The position numbers and the translations under genes are program-made. A stretch of 64,000 nt of DNA from Bdellovibrionales bacterium (lineage in GTDB: Bacteria > Bdellovibrionota > Bdellovibrionia > Bdellovibrionales > UBA1609). The stretch covers positions 722,420 through 786,419 of the forward strand of contig OZ251448.1 in NCBI GenBank assembly GCA_965242515.1. The letters run 5' to 3'. Numbering within the stretch: position 1 is the first letter of the stretch; every line of letters starts with the position of its first letter. The notes under the pieces are model-generated. The model was not told the origin of the DNA. It saw only the letters and a program-made list of their open reading frames with translations, and did no database searches. This document shows, piece by piece, positions 56,848 to 64,000 of this stretch.

Positions 56848-57723
56848 TTACAAAATAAAAGGAGCAAACTGAAAAAATATCTCATACAATGGATTGTCAA
56901 AATCTAAATCTCTCTGACATCTTAAATCTCGATTTTGTCTATCTTCTCCACAAAAAACACCATATTTTTTTTGCATCATCTCATACATTCTCTGATACAA
57001 TCTAAACCTTTTGGCATTAGGTGTTAAAGCACCTGTATCATACCAATCTAAAGCTAAACGATGGTATGCTCTACTTAAACCTCTTTCAGCAGCTGATAAA
57101 ATTAAGTCGTGTGCTTTATTGGTATCTCGCGAAACTCCCCAGCCATTAAAATACAAACTAGCTAAACGCATCTGTGACCTTAAAGACCCAGCCTGTGTAG
57201 CTAATTCAAAATACTCCAAAGCTTTAGAGTAATTTCGCTCATGACTTATATCATTAAAATGCCCATAAAAATACATTAAACCCACCTCATGCAAAGCAGG
57301 AGGATAGTTTTGTTGTGCAGAATTTTTTAATATCTGTATCCGTTGAGATGTATCCCCTGTATTTAGTTGTGCCATCACATACAGGGCTTGTTTATTACCC
57401 TGCTCAGCAGATTTTAAAACCCATGCTTTACCTTCTTCAAAAGTGTCCCAATAATCAGGTGTGCCTCTATAAGAACCCATTTTATTTATTAAAGCTAACC
57501 CTAATTGATATTGAGATTCCGAAGAACCTTTTTCAGCAGAAGCCTTTAGAATACTAGTAATAGCAATTGTGCTTAAAATAGAATCCACCCTACTTGCACT
57601 AATAACTTCATCAGCAGAGGTAGCTCCATAACCACCCTCGCACCATAAACACAAAAAACAAACTAAAATTGTTTTTTTTAACCAAAAAACTAACTGATAT
57701 AACTTGTTAATAATAACTTTCAT
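56848..57723 (-). CDS. Sel1-like repeat (SLR) protein, secreted
   Basis: Repeated units such as SAEQGNKQALYVMAQL, SAQQNYPPALHEVGLMYFYG, ATQAGSLRSQMRLASLYFNGWGV, AAERGLSRAYHRLA. Signal-like N-terminus. Confidence 0.8.
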   Translation of the reverse strand: MKVIINKLYQLVFWLKKTILVCFLCLWCEGGYGATSADEVISASRVDSILSTIAITSILKASAEKGSSESQYQLGLALINKMGSYRGTPDYWDTFEEGKAWVLKSAEQGNKQALYVMAQLNTGDTSQRIQILKNSAQQNYPPALHEVGLMYFYGHFNDISHERNYSKALEYFELATQAGSLRSQMRLASLYFNGWGVSRDTNKAHDLILSAAERGLSRAYHRLALDWYDTGALTPNAKRFRLYQRMYEMMQKKYGVFCGEDRQNRDLRCQRDLDFDNPLYEIFFQFAPFIL

Positions 57724-57881
57724 ATATTACAAATTAACTTGTATTAGTTAAAAATACAATTTTCTCTATACTTTTGACGCTTAGGGTAAAACCTTAGGCA
57801 CTCCTATTGCTTGTAGAGGTTTTTGCCAGATAAAGTGTTATAAACACCGCATTAAAAGCCCCTTTCCGAGCAGGTGTTTTT

Positions 57882-58592
57882 TTAAGAAAAGTCTTTGGGT
57901 TTAAAGTTTTTTTGATTAGTAATGCGAGAGCTATTACCTGTAGCCTGTATCACAAAAAGCCCTTTCTTTTCAGCATACCTATCTGCCCCTTTTTGTATCT
58001 TCAGATAAGCTATTGCTCCATACACAATCTTACCCCTATAAATCTGAAAATAATTGGTAAAATCATGTAGCACATCTAAAAAATGATCTATATCTTTTTG
58101 ATTACAATCGCTTTTTACTTCCACCGCTACTATCTCTTTACCATTATGAGCTAAAATGTCGATCTCACAATGTTTGTCTTCCTCAGAAGTGTTAGTAGCT
58201 GTAATCGTCCCTTCCATTCTTCTTGATGTACTTTTAATGTGAATACCCTTGCTCGCTAACTGCTTTAATAAATCACCCTCTACTAAACTTTCTACTAACT
58301 TACCCCAGTTATTGGTAAATAGATTTTTTAATTTTTTGTCCTCCTTAGCTAAGGATTTTATGAGACGGTCGTTTTCCTCTATCCGACGATCGGTTTCTTG
58401 TATCCGGCGATCGGTTTCTTTCTTTGATTCCTGCATTTTACGGTCGAATTCTTGCTTTGATTCCTGCATTTTACGGTCGAATTCCTGCCTCATTTTCTGT
58501 GTTTCTTGCTCGTTTTTTTGGCGAATAATAGCAGTTTCTTTTAAAATAGCACGAATTTCTTTAAAAGTAGGGGCTGATTCTGGTTTTTCCAT
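57882..58592 (-). CDS. coiled-coil + PD-(D/E)xK-like nuclease-fold protein
   Basis: N-terminal tandem peptide repeats (QEFDRKMQESK x2, ETDRRIQ/ETDRRIE). The C-terminal CEIDILAHNGKEIVAVEVKS fits a D...E-x-K nuclease core. Confidence 0.5.
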   Translation of the reverse strand: MEKPESAPTFKEIRAILKETAIIRQKNEQETQKMRQEFDRKMQESKQEFDRKMQESKKETDRRIQETDRRIEENDRLIKSLAKEDKKLKNLFTNNWGKLVESLVEGDLLKQLASKGIHIKSTSRRMEGTITATNTSEEDKHCEIDILAHNGKEIVAVEVKSDCNQKDIDHFLDVLHDFTNYFQIYRGKIVYGAIAYLKIQKGADRYAEKKGLFVIQATGNSSRITNQKNFKPKDFS

Positions 58593-58853
58593 AATTTTAT
58601 GATACTCCTCTTATTTTTGTCTATCAAAACTAGAGCTAATGTAACATACAGTAACTGCATAATGCAATAATATTTTTAAGGGTTAAGGATATTGGTAATA
58701 CTACATGAGCCAACGCCTTAATACCGGTAGTCTTTTTCTTACCCCGAAATAAACCCTTACCCAGCTTACCACCCAACCCCACAGGCTTTGAGAGCTATAG
58801 CTCAAAGGTAATCCATACCTACAAGTATCAGAAACTACAGGTAAATCTTTAGA

Positions 58854-59513
58854 TTATGATGTTTTTCTAAAATCCCATTCAGGAGAATCTTGCGTTCCTT
58901 TCAAAAGGTTACAATCTCTGCATAAGATTTGCAAGTTACCAAGTTCTAATTCAAGGTCAAGGTATTTAGACCGAGGTTTTACATGATCTACCTCTAAATG
59001 ATTTTTATTACCGCAACGACCACAAATAGAAGGGTACTTTTGAAATACTTGTTTTCGCAACTCTTGCCATGCTTCACTATGATAAAAAGAAGATTTATTG
59101 TCAGAAAGCCATTCTTCACCTGTAATGGTTCGGTAAAATTCATGTTTTTCTTGTTTAGAAGGCTCTGCAGGCATTAAAGCTTCTTCTCTTATTTTTCTCT
59201 TATTTTCTAAAATATTATTTAATATTACATCAAAACTACTATCTTTGTCAGAAGGATGAAAACTCAAGGGATAATAAATAAATACAGGTTTTTTTTGTCC
59301 TATTTTTTCTTTATTCCTTTTCATCCAATGAGGATTTTCTTTTTTTCTACCAGCGTTAAACCCTACTCCAGTCTCTCTTTTTCTAACCTCGTTTATTTTT
59401 ATAACTAGAGATTTTAGGTACTTATTTATACTATTAAAACTTTTTCTAGTTTCACGATTAAAGTTTTCTACCTCTTGTAAAAGGAGGTCTGTTTTGGTTG
59501 GATTCTTTTTCAT
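58854..59513 (-). CDS. HNH endonuclease-domain protein
   Basis: C-terminal CGRCGNKNHLEVDHVKPRSKY...NLQILCRDCNLLKG (HNH with two CxxC pairs). The N-terminal ~150 aa are unassigned. 3-nt gap from the upstream MTase-HNH gene. Confidence 0.75.
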   Translation of the reverse strand: MKKNPTKTDLLLQEVENFNRETRKSFNSINKYLKSLVIKINEVRKRETGVGFNAGRKKENPHWMKRNKEKIGQKKPVFIYYPLSFHPSDKDSSFDVILNNILENKRKIREEALMPAEPSKQEKHEFYRTITGEEWLSDNKSSFYHSEAWQELRKQVFQKYPSICGRCGNKNHLEVDHVKPRSKYLDLELELGNLQILCRDCNLLKGTQDSPEWDFRKTS

Positions 59514-59516
59514 AAT

Positions 59517-60986
59517 TCACTTCTTATAGTATTTTTTTATCTGTGCTTGAAGATAAGCCATATCTCTATCACCTTTTACAGAATTGCAAGCCCCGCATAA
59601 AAGCTGTAAGTTTGCATCTGTATCTGGTCCGCACTTTGCCTTTGGTATAATATGGTCTTTTTGAAGATTCCTAATCGGGAAATATTCTTTACATCCCTTA
59701 CAATGTCCTTTTTGTTTTCCATAAAGAATGTGTTTTATATTATGTGATGGTTTTGGAGCGTTTTTTATAGGTAAATCTTTTCTTATTGTCACAATATTAG
59801 TTTTTACATTAAGATCATTTATGAGCCTTTTTAAAAGTAGTGTTTCAGTTCTAGAGTTTATATCAATCCCTATCCACTTCCTTTGTAATTTTTCAGAGGC
59901 AATACAAGTTGTGGCACATCCACAAAATGGGTCAAGTACAACTCCTCCTTCAGGGCAAGAGGCTTTTACTATACGCTCTAAAAGTGCTAAGGATTTTTGT
60001 GTTCTATAGCCTGTTTTTTCTTTTCTCATACTTTGATATATATCTTCCCAGATATTATTTACAGGGATACCTTTAACCTTTTCAAGCCTAAGTTTTCTAT
60101 AGATTTTATTGTTTATTATTTCAATATCACCTTGCTTATCTAGTTCAATAAGTCTGTCCTTTGATATTTTCCACCCTGAAGGGTAAGGGTTTGAAAACCC
60201 TTTATAAGTATAGCATAAATTAGGTCTTTCACCTAAACTTAACGACCTAAAAAGATTCCCTCTTTGATAAAATCCTTTATTATCTTTCAATTTAAATCTT
60301 TCTTTTATATACTCTTTTGAGTATGGAGTTTTTATCCCTTCCTTATTAAAAAAGTAATCGTTAGTTTTGGAATAAAATAAAATTGTATCTGAATTTTTAC
60401 TATAATTTTTTTTTGTAAATTGATTGATATTTGCCGTACTTCGTATCCTCCTCCATATAATTTCATTTCTAAAATTGTTTTTTCCAAAAATAGCGTCCAT
60501 AATAAGTTTTAAGCTATGGCTCATTGTTTGATCGCAATGTAAATAAATAGACCCAGTGTCTTTTAGTATTCGGTGCATTTGTAACAGCCTCATTGTTATA
60601 TAAATAAGGTAAGATTTATCTTTATCACCATGTACACTCCCTATCCCATGGATAATTTCATAAAGGTTTGTGTGTTTATCTGATAATTCCCCCCACCATT
60701 CCTCTTTTATATCGTTTAAATACCCTATATTTTTAACATAAAAACCTGCCTCTTTACTCCTTATAGGTGAACTATAACTTTTATTTGAATAAAACGGAGG
60801 TGCTAGATAAATCAAATCAACACCTTTATCATCTAAACACCTTAAAACAGCAAGATTGTCTCTTATAAAAATTGTTCTGTTTAATCTAAAAGCTTGAATA
60901 AGATTAAGCTGTAAGACTTTTTGACTAGAGGTTTCTTTTTCTACAACATGCAACCTATTTTTAGGCTTCTTCCTTAACGACTTCAT
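59517..60986 (-). CDS. beta-class (N6_N4-type) DNA methyltransferase fused to a C-terminal HNH nuclease domain
   Basis: Motif IV region DLIYLAPPF (gca cct ccg ttt at the complement of 60792-60803). SIYLHCD...IFGKNNFRNEIIWRR. TGYRTQKSLALLERIV. Motif I VLDPFCGCATT...KWIGIDIN. C-terminal CKGCKEYF...DHIIPKAKCG...NLQLLCGACNSVKGDR. Confidence 0.85.
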   Translation of the reverse strand: MKSLRKKPKNRLHVVEKETSSQKVLQLNLIQAFRLNRTIFIRDNLAVLRCLDDKGVDLIYLAPPFYSNKSYSSPIRSKEAGFYVKNIGYLNDIKEEWWGELSDKHTNLYEIIHGIGSVHGDKDKSYLIYITMRLLQMHRILKDTGSIYLHCDQTMSHSLKLIMDAIFGKNNFRNEIIWRRIRSTANINQFTKKNYSKNSDTILFYSKTNDYFFNKEGIKTPYSKEYIKERFKLKDNKGFYQRGNLFRSLSLGERPNLCYTYKGFSNPYPSGWKISKDRLIELDKQGDIEIINNKIYRKLRLEKVKGIPVNNIWEDIYQSMRKEKTGYRTQKSLALLERIVKASCPEGGVVLDPFCGCATTCIASEKLQRKWIGIDINSRTETLLLKRLINDLNVKTNIVTIRKDLPIKNAPKPSHNIKHILYGKQKGHCKGCKEYFPIRNLQKDHIIPKAKCGPDTDANLQLLCGACNSVKGDRDMAYLQAQIKKYYKK

Positions 60987-61171
60987 ACAACACTAATCGT
61001 CAAAGAGCTGTGGTTTCTAAAAATAAATTGAGTGATATTTTAAAAATTAGTCGGAAAGTCGGGGGTAGGGTTAGCCTAAAGGTTTGTATAAACCCTTAGG
61101 TTTTAAGGATGGTATTTCAATATGAAACACCTACCCTACCCAAGGTTGTTTTACTTTATTTTCTGTTATGC

Positions 61172-61300
61172 TTAGCAATTTACACCAAAGATAATCCACA
61201 TCAGCAAGCTAAATAGTTCTTTGTTTTTCATTACAAAGTCTATTCCTGCTTTAAAATTATCCATGAGAAATAACAGCAGTTTTTTTATTGTTTTTTTCAT
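61172..61300 (-). CDS. possible 42-aa hydrophobic peptide
   Basis: Not in the track. AAGGAGG 7 nt upstream of ATG. MKKTIKKLLLFLMDNFKAGIDFVMKNKELFSLLMWIIFGVNC*. Lies between the two R-M modules on the same strand. Confidence 0.3.
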   Translation of the reverse strand: MKKTIKKLLLFLMDNFKAGIDFVMKNKELFSLLMWIIFGVNC

Positions 61301-61568
61301 AACAAAGCCTCCTTTGTTAAAATTGAAAGTTAGTGGTGGATATACTCTCATTTGCTTCTTTTTGCACTTATTTTTTTTGAGTGTGTAAAAAATGCACGCA
61401 AAAATTAGCGGTGTGGGGTTTTTGTGTAACTAATCTAAAGTCTAGGAAGATTCAGAATGTAAAATATACGGCGTTTCGGTTTTAAAATGTACTGAGGTAT
61501 GCAAAAAATGAATAAATAGATGGGTGAAAGTATCTAAGTTAAAATAAGCCTAGGGTATTACAAGTCTT

Positions 61569-62279
61569 TTATGTTAAGTATTGTCTTGCTTGTGTTTCTG
61601 CTATTTCTTTTAAAATTTTTAACATTTCCGATGTTTTCCATTGTTTTTCTCTAAAGAACATAGAGACAGGACTATAATCATTATAGTCTGCTCCACCATC
61701 TTTTTTTTGAACATAAATTTTATTTAATTTATAAAACTCATTCAACATAGATACTCTCGCTAAAATTGAACTGCCTTGTGCAAAATCACATCCCCATCCA
61801 AAACAAACAAATGGTGTGCTAGATAAATGGTTAAACATAGCTTTAATTCCTGTTAAATTTTTACCAAGCCTTTCTATTGCATTACCTTGAGCTTGTTTGC
61901 TTTTACCTTCTTTTACCCTTTGATCATTTGTGCCTTGTCTCTTAACTTCAGCAATTAAAACAGGTTTTTTATAACTCTTATCAGACTTTTTTATTAGCCA
62001 TATTATTCCTCCATCTGGTTGAATTAAATGCCTCTTATATTGCATATCAAAATCTTTTCTAATCCCAGAGTCTTTAATAGTATTAATCATCTCTGAAAAA
62101 AATATCTTTTTTTTAAACTCAAAATCATATTCTTCTTGCATTAACAGGGCAAGTTTTTGTTTTAAGTATTGGATACATTGTTGCATAGCTTGATATATAT
62201 TTTTATCATCTTGTTTAGATTTAAGATTTTTAGGTTTATGTTGTTCTTTATTTTGTCTAAGATATTTGCTATTCGCCAT
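61569..62279 (-). CDS. EcoRI-family type II restriction endonuclease
   Basis: IQPDGGIIWL, PVLIAEVKRQGTND and AQGNAIERLGKNLTGIKAMF align with EcoRI IKPDGGIVEV, VVLVAEAKHQGKD and AAGNAIERSHKNISEIANF as I recall the sequence, including the catalytic D / E-x-K. Confidence 0.8.
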   Translation of the reverse strand: MANSKYLRQNKEQHKPKNLKSKQDDKNIYQAMQQCIQYLKQKLALLMQEEYDFEFKKKIFFSEMINTIKDSGIRKDFDMQYKRHLIQPDGGIIWLIKKSDKSYKKPVLIAEVKRQGTNDQRVKEGKSKQAQGNAIERLGKNLTGIKAMFNHLSSTPFVCFGWGCDFAQGSSILARVSMLNEFYKLNKIYVQKKDGGADYNDYSPVSMFFREKQWKTSEMLKILKEIAETQARQYLT

Positions 62280-62920
62280 TATAAGAAACCAAGTTGCTTA
62301 TTGTAGGGGGGATTATAAAAATAATGCGGTTTTAAATTTTTAATATTAAAAATCAAAACTTCTGAATGGAATAATACTCCCTCAAAGCAATCTTTGGGCA
62401 AACTAATAATAGAGCTTATTTCAGGGTATTCTTCAGAGCTAAACTTTTTCCACCTCCGGCTAAATATTGTTTGATTAAGCCTTAAACCATAAGGAGCAAA
62501 TAAAACTAATGGAATGTCTTTGGCAAATAACTCTATTATTTTCATAAGCCACACTTCAGGTAATAAGGGTCTACCATGATAATTCTTTTTAATATAAGAT
62601 TTTGTTTTTCTATCTATATTAAATGGGGGATTAACAATCACTAAAGAAGGCTTTTTAACATCTTTTTTTCTTAAGCTTAGAAAGTTTTTAATTTTTACAG
62701 GGTTAAAACCTTGCTTTTCAATATCCACTCCTAAAACTTCATAACCTGCATCTTGAAAAGGCTTTAATAAAGCCCCTGCTCCAACACAAGGATCAAAAAT
62801 TAACCCAGTTTTTATTTCTTTAGAAATGATATTAAAAATAAACTTTGAAACACTTTCAGGGGTATATATAGTGGCTTTTTTTTGCTCTTTATAAAAGTTA
62901 TTTCTGTCAACCCTATACAT
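62279..62920 (-). CDS. N6-adenine DNA methyltransferase (cognate of the EcoRI-like nuclease)
   Basis: IFDPCVGAGALL (motif I) and LVIVNPPF (motif IV). Its stop overlaps the nuclease start by 1 nt (TAATG). Confidence 0.8.
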   Translation of the reverse strand: MYRVDRNNFYKEQKKATIYTPESVSKFIFNIISKEIKTGLIFDPCVGAGALLKPFQDAGYEVLGVDIEKQGFNPVKIKNFLSLRKKDVKKPSLVIVNPPFNIDRKTKSYIKKNYHGRPLLPEVWLMKIIELFAKDIPLVLFAPYGLRLNQTIFSRRWKKFSSEEYPEISSIISLPKDCFEGVLFHSEVLIFNIKNLKPHYFYNPPYNKQLGFL

Positions 62921-63419
62921 ACCAATGATTGTTATACTAGTTTTTCTAGTAAAGGTAAAGCAGTATTGCCACGATGCGTTAAAAATAGCCTTAAGTCTGA
63001 AGTAGCTTTTTGATCTCTGCTGTTGATAGCCCTGTTGCTTTGCATATCAGCTCAGTATCCATCTTATTTTGCAACATATTCGCAACCTACCTGTCGCAAA
63101 CCCTCTTGCCTGCCTTGTTGCCTGCCTTTTTGCTCATCCACTTGCCTGCCTTCCAACTTACCTTCCCACCTACCTTTTTCTTTAATAATTTCTCTTATGT
63201 TCATAAATCTGACTAAACAAGTGCTTATCGTAAAAAGACTTATGTTCCACACCTAAAGGGTGTTTATTTTGATGTGCTTATTAGCCCTTTCTACCTATAT
63301 ATCTGTCAATATTACTATAAATATAAGTAATTATTTAAATAGTGAGAAAACCAATTTGATCTCTTATGTTTATCAATATTACTATATAATTTCTCAAACT
63401 GATAATTACATACTTTAAA

Positions 63420-63528
63420 GGGGAAAAACCATGCTCAAAACGAGTTCGGATTTAACGCAAAGTGGTAGCCATAGGCTAATACTTTGCGGTAAACCGCATG
63501 TCCGAAATTTTGAGCTCGGTTTTTTCCC
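63420..63528. repeat. ~110-nt imperfect palindromic element, copy 4 (subfamily a core with b-type outer arms)
   Basis: ggggaaaaaccatgctcaaaacgagttcggatttaacgcaaagtggtagccataggctaatactttgcggtaaaccgcatgtccgaaattttgagctcggttttttccc. Confidence 0.85.
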
Positions 63529-63610
63529 AAAAGAAGTTTAATTATCTCACAAAAAAATTGTCCCACCTGCTTATAACATGAATTTTGTCACCGAATGGAG
63601 TTCACATTTA

Positions 63611-63862
63611 CGGGAATGACCAAGAAGAACAGGGATGACAATGTAAAAACAGAAACGACAATGTGAGAACAGGAGTGACAATATAACTACAGGGATGACA
63701 GTCTAGCCTGTTATTGCCTTATAACCTGTTATTGCCCTATAGCCCGTCATTCCCGTGAAAACGGGAATCCAGAATGCCACTTTTACGCATACAAGCCTGG
63801 ATTCCCGCCTTCGCGGGAATGACCAAGAAAAACAGGAGTGACGAACAAAAACAGGAATGACA
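63611..63862. repeat. cluster of REP-like units and a 20-bp tandem repeat
   Basis: cgggaatgac followed by four exact-period 20-bp units ending in RRNGACA (63621-63700). cctgttattgcc x2. Inverted REP cgtcattcccgtgaaaacgggaatccag (63745-63772). Canonical ggattcccgccttcgcgggaatgacc (63799-63824) with trailing GAGTGACG/GAATGACA repeats. Confidence 0.8.
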
Positions 63863-64000
63863 ATAACGGATGCTGAGGGTTAGGTTAAATGATAGATTTT
63901 TAAGGACAAGCAGTAATGCTATTGCAATTAGGACTACTCAAAGTACTACCTAAAATCCATTCGCACAAGTAAGTTGGTCTGCAATCTTATGGGCAAGTGC

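Noticed and set aside
63010-63256. Track ORFs 63010..63216, 63023..63256 and 63064..63252
   Set aside because: All three overlap in a CCTGCC/low-complexity tract and give Pro/Leu/Cys- or Gly/Arg/Gln-rich nonsense peptides. There are no start signals.

Overview
Visibly AT-rich bacterial chromosomal segment. I cannot assign a lineage from sequence alone. RNase Y, sigma-54, an IF3 with a long C-terminal tail, and many ankyrin/Sel1/TPR/secreted-protease genes suggest a host-associated, non-enteric bacterium.

Housekeeping backbone: rpoN, metK, maeB, thrS-infC, tyrS, rny, 5-formyl-THF cyclo-ligase, zapA, yebC, rpmF-fabH-fabD, tRNA-Arg(CCU), mrp/apbC, a multicopper oxidase, and scoA/scoB plus thiolase.

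Accessory region 1 (about 8.8-28.9 kb, between maeB and thrS) contains:
- an ImmA/IrrE + DUF4411 pair;
- a tight minus-strand operon: hsdR / DarT-macrodomain fusion / fused hsdM-hsdS / TIGR02391 (Abi_C-like);
- an Rpn-family nuclease and an orphan Cys-rich type IV pilin;
- a ~1.9 kb gene-free repeat nest with three ~110-nt palindromic elements showing compensatory arm changes, REP-like ATTCCCGC-N4-GCGGGAAT units, and 19 perfect copies of the octamer GATGTAAC;
- a Schlafen/AlbA_2 + HATPase_c_4 regulator bracketed by 178-bp direct repeats with 4 mismatches, each carrying ATGTAAC motifs;
- an intact IS1595-family IS with 19-bp IRs and an 8-bp TSD;
- secreted glycine-zipper paralogues.

Accessory region 2 (57.9-62.9 kb) contains a PD-(D/E)xK coiled-coil protein, an HNH protein, a beta-class MTase-HNH fusion with an atypical APPF motif, and an EcoRI-family R-M pair.

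Elsewhere there are two tandemly duplicated secreted ankyrin proteins sharing an unassigned Cys-containing domain, and a multicopper oxidase with a His-rich insert and a CopB-like C-terminal extension.

Features I found that the ORF track misses or mis-starts:
- a window-truncated metzincin-like protease (1-1250, minus);
- rpmF (57 aa);
- tRNA-Arg(CCU);
- the AUU start of infC, overlapping the thrS stop.

Strongest candidates for something not previously described: the single-polypeptide DarT-macro protein embedded in the type I R-M operon; the ATGTAAC octamer/iteron-like system around the Schlafen-like gene; and the MTase-HNH + HNH pair. All functional calls rest on motif recognition by eye. 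No database search was run.
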